Below are positions 25,167 to 36,967 of a stretch of DNA of 64,000 nt, piece after piece. This DNA comes from Eledone cirrhosa (lineage: Eukaryota). The stretch is taken from contig OZ024743.1 of the NCBI GenBank assembly GCA_964016885.1, positions 287,432,001-287,496,000 on the forward strand. Direction: 5' to 3'. The position numbers and the translations under genes are program-made. The stretch's first letter is position 1. Every line of letters begins with the position of its first letter. The notes beneath the pieces are model-generated. The model saw nothing but the letters and a program-made list of their open reading frames with translations. It did no database searches and was not told the DNA's origin.

Positions 25167-25823
25167 ATTTCACTAGTTTTGTTATCTTTTCAATTTTAAT
25201 TTTTGTTTTTTTTTATCTTGGTCTTTTTTTTCATGTTCTTTGTTGTATTCTGTTTGCTTTTTTTCTTTGTTGCAAATGTTTCTATATTATCTTCTTCCTC
25301 ATCCTGCTTCTCCTTATTTTTTCTTTTTCTTCATTCTTCTTGCTTTCTTCTTTCTTCTTCTCTTTTTCCCTTATTCATTTCTGCTTCCTTCTTTCTCCCT
25401 CTTCCCCTTGTTTTCCTTCTTTCTTCATTTCTTCTTTCTTATACCCTTCTTCCTTTCTTTTTTCCACTTTCTTTTACCTACCCACACTTTGTTTTCTTCT
25501 TTCATTCATTATTATCTTATTTTATTTATGTTCTTTGTGATACACACACACACACACATATGATGGGTGAGTAGGTTAACAAATACTTAGTATTAGGTTA
25601 GTTAGGTGAGCAGAGCTGAAGTTGTCAGGTGGATGGTTATCATCCATTGATAGTAAAGGTTGTGATGGGAGTAACTTCCACTAATTCTAACTAATGTGCC
25701 AATGGGAACATTAAAAGATATTGAATGCTACAACATTCCATATAACTTCTCTTCTAGATGAATTCAATACATTCCTTATACCCCCCCCCCCCCACCTCTC
25801 TTTCTCCCCCACATACATAGATA

Positions 25824-25965
25824 GGAGGCGAATTGGCAGAGTTGTTAGAGTGTAGGGAGAAATTCTTTGTGATATTTGTTTCAGCTCTGCGCTGTGAGTT
25901 TAAATCCTGCTGAAGTCACCTTTGCCATACATCTTTTCACAGTTGATAAAAAAATTACCAGTCTA
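25824..25965 (+). mobile_element. Degraded tRNA-derived Nin-type SINE
   Basis: GGAGGCGAATTGGCAGAG..GAGTTTAAATCC..tttgccatacatc..gataaaa. Confidence 0.6.
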
Positions 25966-27144
25966 GGAAGATGGATTGGTGGAATTTTTTAGATTGTCAG
26001 ATAAAATGCTTTACAGTATTTGTTTTGGCTCTTTGCGGTCTAAAAGTGGCCTACTTGGGCAGTAAACTTAATCATATGCCTGGTTTAATACCACCACCTG
26101 ACCCGTGGATTTCTTTACTGGAGTTTACTTGTTGCAAGTTTTTGGGTCAAGATTCCAGTTTGAGGATGTCTTCCTCTTTCTCTCCCTCCACCATCTGTCT
26201 CAGGGGCCCCAAAAGGGTCTTGGGCATTGCTTTTCCCTCCCTGACTAAACATACATACACACACAAGCAGACCTATACTTTTGCCTCATTAATATAACCT
26301 TTATTTAACCTTTCTTTACTTCAGTTGTTGTATCATCACTTTCATCATCATCATCATCATCATCGTCTTTGTTGTTGCTAATCTTTATAATCTCATGCGT
26401 TAAGGCTGGTGGAAAAGGTACTGTCTGTCTAATTAACATGGTCATTATCATTATTACTTTTTTATCCTTTCCCTGCCGAACTAAACTACAACTGCTGTAT
26501 CATCATCATCATCATCACTGCTACCCCCACCATCATTGTTGTCATCATTAAATTCAATTAGTATTTTACTGCTCTGGACTTGGATTACATGTTAATTTTT
26601 GTACTTTACAAAAAATTGTTAAAAATAAAATAAAAGTGATATTTTTTAAAACCATATTTACTTTATTTAGTTTGTCTGGACTCTGGATCTGTGCTTCCTA
26701 AACTATAACATTTTTGGCATGTAAAAGACATACCGATAGGCTTTGGGCACTCAAACTGTTAATCATTTAAAAAAAATTTCTTCTGAAACTAAATTCCTTT
26801 TCTCCTCCACCCCTCCTCTTCACCCTCCACGTCTTCCTCCTCCTTATCTTCTCCCCCTCCTCTTTCTCCTCTCCCTCCGTTCCATTGTCTTCATCCCTTT
26901 ATTCCTCCTCCTCATCATCATTACCATTATCATCATTACCATTATCATCATTACCATTATCATAATTGTTGTCATTGCTGTTGTTGTCATTTCCATGGTA
27001 AAGAAGACAGTGGTGGTGGTGGAATTGGCTGAGATAGTCCAGGCTGCTCAAATAAATGCTTATAAAGGCTTTTGTTTTTTTTTATCATCCCTGGGGTTTA
27101 GTGTTTTTATAAAAAATATTTTACAACAGTGATAATGGCGTTTC

Positions 27145-27195
<51 letters not shown>

Positions 27196-27203
<8 letters not shown>

Positions 27204-27503
27204 TAAAACAATGAAATAAAAAATCAAGTCATTAGAGATATACTTCTGCTTTACGATCGTTTCTAGATGGTGATAATACATTGTATCTATACTCAGTTAT
27301 TGATCTATGTAAGTTTATTGCTTTTGAAAACAGCTGGTGATATGCATGTAAGTAAATATTCTATCTATCTGATAGTTTGTAAACTTACATAGATCAATAA
27401 CTGAGTATAGATACAATGTATTATCACCATCTAGAAACAATCGTAAAGCAGTGAAGTATATCTCTAATGACTTGATTTTTTATTTCATTGTTTTAACTTA
27501 TAT
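27196..27503. repeat. Inverted repeat, ~120-bp arms with ~62-bp spacer
   Basis: 27196-27318 is the reverse complement of 27380-27503 with few differences. Confidence 0.9.
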
Positions 27504-27624
27504 CATGACTCTGTTTTCCTTTTAATGTTTTGTTTTCTGAGATTTATCTTAACCTACAACATTTTTAACATGGATTACATCGAGTTCTTCATGCAGAATA
27601 GACCCCACAACTTACAGTGGATAC

Positions 27625-27655
<31 letters not shown>

Positions 27656-27662
27656 CATATAA

Positions 27663-27835
27663 TGAAAATTTCGGGACTCCGACGACTGAACTCCTGCTGT
27701 TTCTACAGCTAGATCCGGATCTAGCTGTAGAAACAGCAGGAGCTCAGCTGTTGGGGTCCTGAATTTTTCACTCTACCCATTCTACTACCCTAAGTATCGA
27801 GTACTCTTGTGAGTAATGGAGTTTACCGCTTCCAT
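27663..27835 (+). repeat. Fold-back repeat (108-bp imperfect palindrome centred at 27716/27717) plus family tail
   Basis: CTCCTGCTGTTTCTACAGCTAGATCC|GGATCTAGCTGTAGAAACAGCAGGAG; the downstream taccca..ctac..aagtat.gagtact is shared with 19052-19083. Confidence 0.8.
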
Positions 27836-28337
27836 TCTCTCTCTCTCTCTCTCTCTCTCTAAATATATCTTCATTGTATTGCATCATTTTGCTGTGTTAT
27901 TTCCTTTTTGCATAGATAAGTATATATATGTGTGTATGTATATAAGTATGAATGTTTGTATGTATACATAGGTATATATTATATATATTATATATGTATG
28001 CATATATATATATATGTGTGTTATTGTGTACATGTATTTATTTATTTATGTCTGTACAGGTATACTACAGATTTTCCAGTACGACCCCTGCTAGATTAAT
28101 CAATTCTTCCGACTAGATAATACTTCTTTCTCTCAAGACACATTCTAAAGCTGGAAACATGTACTCCCTAATTCCACCTTAGCTTCCTTTCTTCCAAATT
28201 AAAGGTGTGCTGGATCATCAGTTGTTTTAAAATCAGTGGAGTACCTGTATATATCGTCTTCAAGTGTTTTGAGGCAATGTCTGATGCTCTTCCTCCTACA
28301 AATCTTTTTATCCACTTCCCATAACCCACAGGGAGAG

Positions 28338-28626
<289 letters not shown>

Positions 28627-28884
28627 TATATGTATGCAGTTAAAGATTATATTGTATAAGCTTTAACAATTTAAAAAATAATTAATCCAACCAAACACAA
28701 GCCAAATGAACAAGAAATATCTTTTTGTGGTTTTTATTATTATTTATTTGTTTGTATTATTTTTGTATTATTTTCAATAAAAAATACATTCCAGAGAAAT
28801 GTTGTTACAATGTCAATTACTTGTTGATGGTATGGTTGATCACTGGCCTGTTGAGTAACTATCTTTCCCATGCTGTAGAACCTT

Positions 28885-29337
28885 AGTATTTCTATGTGAT
28901 ACCTTGGGCAAATGTCTTTTCTATTGTGTGACATTGTGGGCAAGTGTTTTCCGTACTGTGTGACATTGTGGGCAAGTGTTTTCCCTACTGTGTGACACAG
29001 TTGGCAAATATTTCTTCTACTGTTTGACACTGAGCAAGTGTATTTTATACTGTGTGACACCATGGGCAAATGTCTTCTCTACTGTGTTATATGGTGTGTA
29101 AGTATCTTTTCTACTGTGTGATACTGTGGGCAGGTGTCTTCTCCACTGTATCACACTGTAGGCAAATGTATTTTCTACAGTGTAAAACTATCAGCAAGTG
29201 TCTTCTCTACTGTGTGATACTGTGGGCAAGTGTCTTCTCTACTGTGATACTTTAGGCAAGTGTCTTCTCCTACTGTATTACACTGTAGGCAAATATATTT
29301 TCTACAGTGTAAAACTATGGGCAAGTGTCTTCTCTAC
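28885..29337. repeat. ~32-bp degenerate minisatellite (CTACTGTGTGACACTGTGGGCAAGTGTCTTCT), about 14 units
   Basis: Recurrent GGGCAA(G/A)TGT and TACTGTGTGA at ~32-nt spacing. Confidence 0.85.
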
Positions 29338-29354
29338 CTTGTCATGATGTGATG

Positions 29355-29500
29355 TTAGCAGAAGATAAGAAAATACCATAAAAAGTTTGGTGGATTTAAG
29401 TGAAAATTGTTCCAGCTTTCTGTGCTCTGAGTTCAAATTGTGTCATGGTCAACTCTGTATTTCATACTTTCTGGGTTAATAAAATAAAGTACCAGTCCAT
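29355..29500 (+). mobile_element. Degraded Nin-type SINE
   Basis: CTGAGTTCAAATT..GGTCAACT..TTTCAT..AATAAAATAAAGTACCAGT. Confidence 0.55.
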
Positions 29501-29713
29501 ATAGCGATAACTACGTAAACTGTAATAACACTAACCATCTTATGGCTGCCCACTTTAGTGGGGTGGCTGGTGTGGCCATGAGCAAGAACCCCCAACCGTC
29601 ATCAAGCAATTGCACAGAATAATAATGATGATGATGATTATATATATATATATATTATATATATTATATATATATATTATATATATATATATATATTATA
29701 TATATATATATAT

Positions 29714-29745
<32 letters not shown>

Positions 29746-29892
29746 ATATTATATATATATTATATATATATTATATATATTATATATATGTTATATATAT
29801 ATTATATATGTTATATATATATTTTATATATATTATATATATATTATATATATTATATATATATATATTTTATATATATTATATATATATTA

Positions 29893-29931
<39 letters not shown>

Positions 29932-30218
29932 TAATAACGAAACGAAATTAAATTTCGTTTCGCTTCTAACTCACTTTTGTATGACTGACGCTTAAACAAT
30001 TAAGTTAAAAGTGTACATCTACATATGTATACTGAAATACTAGTATGCATATAAATACACACATGTATACATATGTACATGTACTGAGTTTTTCACTGGA
30101 CACTTTACTGTGAGTGTCCAGCTAGTCTGTATGTAACCAAACAGACAAACCGGGTTTTAGAGTCATACGGGTTTTCAAGGAAACGCATTTCCTCTATTCT
30201 CCAGAGAGCCAGACAGGA

Positions 30219-30261
30219 ATATTGGACTAGTTTCGATGTTATTACATCTCATCAGCAATAT
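30219..30261 (-). ncRNA. Type I minimal hammerhead ribozyme (canonical core)
   Basis: ATATTG CTGATGA GATGT-AATA-ACATC GAAA CTAG TC CAATAT. Confidence 0.88.
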
Positions 30262-30625
30262 ATACCCATCTTCCGGCTTCTCTAGAGAATCGTAAAAGCA
30301 CATATCGTTATATGCTTTTTCTATGAAAATTAGTAGTGGGCAGACTAATTTGCATAGAACGTGAGTCATTGTACGCACCGGTTCAGCGGAAACGATAAAA
30401 ACAAATAACGAAACGAAATTAAATTTCGTTTCGCTTCTAACTCACTTTTGTATGACTGACGCTTAAACAATTAAGTTAAAAGTGTACATCTACATATGTA
30501 TACTAAAATACTAGTATGCATATAAATACACACACGTATACATATGTACACTACTAATTTTCATAGAAAAAGCATATAACGATATGTGCTTTTACGATTC
30601 TCTAGAGAAGCCGGAAGATGGGTAT

Positions 30626-30668
30626 ATATTGCTGATGAGATGTAATAACATCGAAACTAGTCCAATAT
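30626..30668 (+). ncRNA. Type I minimal hammerhead ribozyme (canonical core)
   Basis: ATATTG CTGATGA GATGT-AATA-ACATC GAAA CTAG TC CAATAT; predicted GUC cleavage after 30662. Confidence 0.88.
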
Positions 30669-31061
30669 TCCTGTCTGGCTCTCTGGAGAATAGAGGAAAT
30701 GTGTTTCCTTGAAAACCCGTATGACTCTAAAACCCGGTCCGTCTGTGTGGTTACATACAGACTAGCTGGACACTCACAGTAAAGTGTCCAATGAAAAACT
30801 CAGTACATGTACATATGTATACATGTGTGTATTTATATGCATACTAGTATTTCAGTATACATATGTAGATGTACACTTTTAACTTAATTATTATATATTA
30901 TATATATATATTATATATATATATATATATATATTATATATTTATATATATTATATATATATATATATTATATATATATATATATTATATATATTATATA
31001 TATTATATATTATATATATATATATATTATATATATATATATTATATTTTTTTTTTTTTAT

Positions 31062-31258
31062 AGTCTATCGACTTTCGTCAAATCGGACCGAGGAAACAAT
31101 GTTTCTGTTGGTCTTTCCAATTGCTAATACTCTCTATCGGTCGCAACTCCAGGTAGATGGAGCAACGTGAAATAAAGTGTCTTGCTCAAGGACATAATGC
31201 ATCGCCCGATCCAGGAATCGAACTCACAACCTCACGATTGCGAATCCAGTTCTCTAAT
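31062..31258 (-). mobile_element. tRNA-derived CORE-type SINE (short-tail family), 5'-truncated
   Basis: Reverse complement of 44715-44910; B-box GAGTTCGATTCC and CCTTGAGCAAGACACTT. Confidence 0.85.
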
Positions 31259-31353
31259 ATATATATATATATTATATATATATATTATATATATATATAT
31301 ATTATATATATATATATTATATATATTATATATATATATTATATATATATATT

Positions 31354-31684
31354 ATCATCATCATTTCATTTTACGTCCACTTTTCCCTGCTTGCAAGGGT
31401 GGGACGGGAACTGATTCTGGCTTGATTTCTACAGCTGGATGCCCTTCCTAACACCAACCTCATTTACAGTGAGTGCTGGGTGCTTTTTTGCCGTGGCACC
31501 TCCACAACCACTTTGCAGTGGAATGATAGGGACCCCAGTCCCTATCATCTAATTTCTACAGCTGAGTAAACGAGCAATGTGAAATAAAGTGTCTTGCTCA
31601 AGGAAACAACACATCACCCGGTCTGAGGATTGAACTCACAACCTTTCGATTGCAAGGCCAATGCTCTAACCACTGAGCCATGTG

Positions 31685-31688
<4 letters not shown>
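31354..31688 (-). mobile_element. tRNA-derived CORE-type SINE with RTE-derived body and tail
   Basis: Reverse complement of 35113-35459. Confidence 0.88.
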
Positions 31689-31734
<46 letters not shown>

Positions 31735-31754
<20 letters not shown>

Positions 31755-32467
31755 ATTTATATATTATTTATATATATATATATTTATATATATATAATAT
31801 ATATTATATATATATAATATATATTATATATATATATATATATTATATATATATAATATATATTATATATATATATATATTATATATATTATATATATAT
31901 ATTATATATATATATTATATATATTATATATATATATTATATATATTATATATATATATTATATATATTATATATATATATTATATATATTATATATATT
32001 ATATATATATATTATATTATATATATATATTTATATATTATATATATTATATATATATATTATATATATATATATATTATATATATATATTTATATATTA
32101 TATATATTATATATATATATATTATATATATTATATATATATATATTATATATATATATATTATATATATATATATTATATATTATATATATATATATTA
32201 TATATATTATATATTATATATATATATTATATATATATATATTATTTATATATATATATATATATTATATATATATATATTATTTATATATATATATATA
32301 TTATATATATATAATATATATATATTATATATATATATATATATTATATATATATATATATTATATATATTATATATATATATTATATATATATATATAT
32401 ATTATATATATATATTATATATATTATATATATATATTATATATATTATATATATATATTTATATAT

Positions 32468-32499
<32 letters not shown>

Positions 32500-32737
32500 A
32501 TATTATATATATATATTATATATATATATATTATATATATATATTTATATTATATATTATTATATATATTATATATATATATATTATATATATATATATA
32601 TTATATATTATATATATTATTATATTATATATATATAATATATATATATATATTATATATATTATATATATATATATATATTATATATATATATATTATT
32701 TATATTATATATATATATTATATATATATATATTATT

Positions 32738-32768
<31 letters not shown>

Positions 32769-32843
32769 ATATATATATAATATATATTATATATATATTA
32801 TATATATATTATATATATATAATATATATTATACATATATATA

Positions 32844-32883
<40 letters not shown>

Positions 32884-33194
32884 TATATATATATATATTA
32901 CATATATATATTATATATATATATTATATATATATATATATATTATATATATATATTTATATATTATATATATTATAAATATATATATTATATTTATATA
33001 TATATATATTATATATTATATATATTATATATTATATATATATATATTATATATATTATATATATATATATTATATATATATATTATATATATATATATT
33101 TATATATATATATTATATATATATATTATATATATATATTATATATATTATATATTATATATATATATATTTTATATATATATTATATATATTA

Positions 33195-33236
<42 letters not shown>

Positions 33237-34030
33237 TATATATATTATATATTATATATATTATATATATATTATATATATATATATTATATATATATTA
33301 TATATATATTATATATATATAATATATATATATTATATATATTATATATATATTATATATATATATTATATATATTATATATATATTATATATATATATA
33401 TTATATATATATATATTATATATATTATATATATATTATATATATATATTATATATATATATATTATATATATATATATTATATATATTATATATATTAT
33501 TATATATATATTATATATATATTATATATATTATATATATATTATATATATTATATATATTATATATATATATATATATACTATATATATATATATTATA
33601 TATAATATGTATATAATATATATAATATATATAATATATTATATATATATATATATTATATATATATATATTATATATAATATATATAATATATTATATA
33701 TATATATATATTATATATATTATATTATATAATATTATATTATATATATATTATATTATATATATTATATTATATTATATTATATATATATATTATATAT
33801 ATTATATATTATATATATATTATATTATATATATATTATATATATATATATTATATATATTATATTATATATATTATATTATATATTATATATATCATAT
33901 TATATATATTATATTATATATATTATATTATATATTATATTATATTATATTTATATATATTATATATATATTATATTATATATATATATTATATATATAT
34001 ATATATATTATATATATTATATATATATTA

Positions 34031-34062
<32 letters not shown>

Positions 34063-34141
34063 TATATTATATATATATATTATATATATTATATATATAT
34101 ATATATATATTATAATATATTATATATATATATATATATTA

Positions 34142-34188
<47 letters not shown>

Positions 34189-34190
34189 TT
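31735..34190. repeat. 2.45-kb interrupted (TA)n satellite
   Basis: TA runs punctuated mostly by TT. Confidence 0.95.
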
Positions 34191-35112
34191 AATACAATAG
34201 CAGAGATAGTTTAAAGCTAAACTCTGACTGGTAACCATTTCACTCAACAAACATTAGGTTATATTAAAATATAAACCCAATTTAAGTGTTTGGGGTGCTA
34301 ACAATATGTATGATGTGGAAAAACCAGTTGTATTATTTTATGAGATATAATTAAAGTTAAAGTATATCTCTCTTTCCAAACAATTGTTTCATTATAAGTT
34401 TTCTACAAGTTTGGGAGAATGTTTCCAGTTTATGTAGAAGCCTAATATATATTCATGTAAGAATATATTTAGGTGGGAACTTATAAATCATCAGTGGAAG
34501 CCCATTAAACATTGATATAAGAAAACAATTTTGTACGGCTGTCAAAAATCATGTCCGTAAAGTTGTTCTCTCTCACCTCGAATGACCGCCAAATTTGAAA
34601 TTCCAGCAGTTTTTAACTGAGGAAGTATCATAGCGACACGAAGCGGGAAGGGGAGACAACCCACGATCCACGAAATGAGGAAAAAAAAATAATATACACG
34701 CGGGTGAATTAGTTTTTTTGAAAACATTATCAATCCAACGTGTTTAAGAACTCAATTGAAAATAAAAAAATAAATATATGCTTGTATAAATTACACACGC
34801 ATATAGATATTTTCTTAGGCTAAATCAGAAGTTGTACCCGAATAAGAACCGCTTCTCATAACCGCAGTAAATGCAGAAAGTTATGCTATAAAGGGCAAAT
34901 GGGAGTATAATTCTCCGGCTGAATTATTAAGAGTAAAATGTAAAACACACGCGGGTTAATTATTTATTTCAAAACCAATATTAATTCCTCGTGTAAAGAA
35001 CTCAATTAATAAAAGAAAATAAATACATATATGCATGTAATTATATACGTAGGCATATATATATATTTTCCTAGGCTAAAAAACAGAGAAGTTATATATA
35101 TATTATATATAT

Positions 35113-35457
35113 GGAGGCACATGGCTTAGTGGTTAGAGCATTGGCCTTGCAATCGAAAGGTTGTGAGTTCAATTCTCAGACCGGGCGATGTGTTGTTTCC
35201 TTGAGCAAGGCACTTTATTTTACATTGCTCCAGTTTACTCAGCTGTAGAAATGAGATGATAGGGACTGGGGTCCCTATCATTCCACTGCAAAGTGGTCAT
35301 GAAGGTGCCACGGCAAAAAAGCACCCAGCACTCACTGTAAATGAGGTTGGTGTTAGGAAGGGCATCCAGCTGTAGAAATCAAGCCAGAATCAGTTCCCGT
35401 CCCACCCTTGCAAGCAGGGAAAAGTGGACGTAAAATGAAATGAAAATGAATGAATGA

Positions 35458-35459
<2 letters not shown>
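35113..35459 (+). mobile_element. tRNA-derived CORE-type SINE with RTE-derived body and tail
   Basis: A-box TGGCTTAGTGG, B-box GAGTTCAATTC, CCTTGAGCAAGGCACTT, GTTAGGAAGGGCATCCAGCTGTAGAAA, and an RTE-B-like end. Confidence 0.9.
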
Positions 35460-35488
<29 letters not shown>

Positions 35489-35652
35489 ATTATAGATATT
35501 ATATATATTATATATATATATTATATATATATTATATATATATATATATATTATATATATATATATATATATTATATAATATATATATATATATATTATA
35601 TATATATATTATATATATATATATATATATTATATATATTATATATATATAT

Positions 35653-35684
<32 letters not shown>

Positions 35685-35839
35685 ATATATATATATTTTA
35701 TATATATTATATATTATATATATATATATATTTTATATATATTATATATTATATATATTTTATATATATTATATATTATATATATATATATATATTATAT
35801 ATATTATATATTATATATATATATATTATATATATATAT

Positions 35840-36513
35840 GCATAAACGAACTAAGGAAAAAATTAGAAATAAGAGGGATCAGATGTTGTTTACTCGAGAG
35901 AAGGCTACGTTGGTACGGTCACGTGATGCGCATGAAAGACGACAGCTGTATAACAAAGTGCAGGGCAATAAAGATAGACGGTAGCCACGGAGTAGGCAGA
36001 CCCAGAAAAACATGGGACGAGCTGATAAATTCCGACCTCACACGCTTACACCTCTCCAAGACAATGTCACTGGACCGAGACCTTTGGCGGTACTCAGTAA
36101 TAGAGATGACCCGCCTTACCTAAATACAAAGTAAAAACCTACTACAGTCAGTAGGCATCTCTATCAAAACACACCCCCGTCCCACCACATCCACCCCATC
36201 CACACCGCCCCTTTCAATGTAAAGTTATGTTGGTCCCACAATATCCAGGTCGAAACAAATGAGATCGTGTAGGTGTCACGACAAAAAAACACACAGTCCA
36301 CGCTGTAAATGTGGCCGTGTAGGCAACACGGTAAAAACCTCCCAGCCCCACACTGTAAATGTGGTTGGTGTTAGGAAGGGCATCCAGCTGTAGAAAACCC
36401 GCCAGACAGTCCTATGTGAGCAAGACAATCACTCTTGCCTCAAGTGGGAATACCCCCGTCCAAACCCATGCAAGCGTGGAACACGGACGTTAAACGTTGA
36501 TGATGATGATGAT
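35840..36513 (+). mobile_element. RTE family C copy 1 (3' fragment)
   Basis: RLRWYGHVMRM..GRPRKTW, 3' UTR, (GAT)n tail. Confidence 0.93.
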
Positions 36514-36525
36514 ATATATATATAT

Positions 36526-36557
<32 letters not shown>

Positions 36558-36583
36558 ATTATATATATATTATATATATATAT

Positions 36584-36617
<34 letters not shown>

Positions 36618-36706
36618 ATATTATATATATATATTATATATATATTATATATATATTATATATAACTATATATATAATATATTATATATATATTATATAT
36701 TATATA

Positions 36707-36759
<53 letters not shown>

Positions 36760-36800
36760 TATATATTATATATATATATATTATATATATATATATTATA

Positions 36801-36845
<45 letters not shown>

Positions 36846-36967
36846 TATATATATATATATATTATATATATATATTTATATATATATATTATATATTATA
36901 TATTATATATATATATATTATATATTATATATATATATATATTATATATATATATTATATATATATT

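Larger units (their letters stand above)
29934..30890. mobile_element. Penelope-type pLTR / retrozyme-like cassette with direct and inverted duplications
   Basis: 29934-30080 is repeated at 30405-30550; ~29999-30337 is inverted at 30551-30889. Each inverted arm carries a hammerhead. Confidence 0.75.

Noticed and set aside
25190-25560. Hydrophobic F/L/S-rich ORFs (also 26743-27132)
   Set aside because: Pyrimidine-rich and (CAT)n low-complexity sequence downstream of the stop codon; no domain signal.
27395-27452. Possible hammerhead (CTGAGTA..TAGAT/ATCTA..GAAAC(G/A)ATCGTA) in the inverted repeat
   Set aside because: The core deviates at G8 and no stem I can form.
28885-29337. CRISPR-like array
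   Set aside because: Contiguous degenerate units without unique spacers, no cas genes, eukaryotic context.
34420-34500. TTCCA-CTGATGA...TGGAA on the - strand
   Set aside because: No GAAA or clean stems II/III; too degenerate to call.
35113-35190. tRNA genes at SINE heads (also 44692 and 24390)
   Set aside because: A/B boxes are present but there is no complete cloverleaf, and they continue into SINE bodies.
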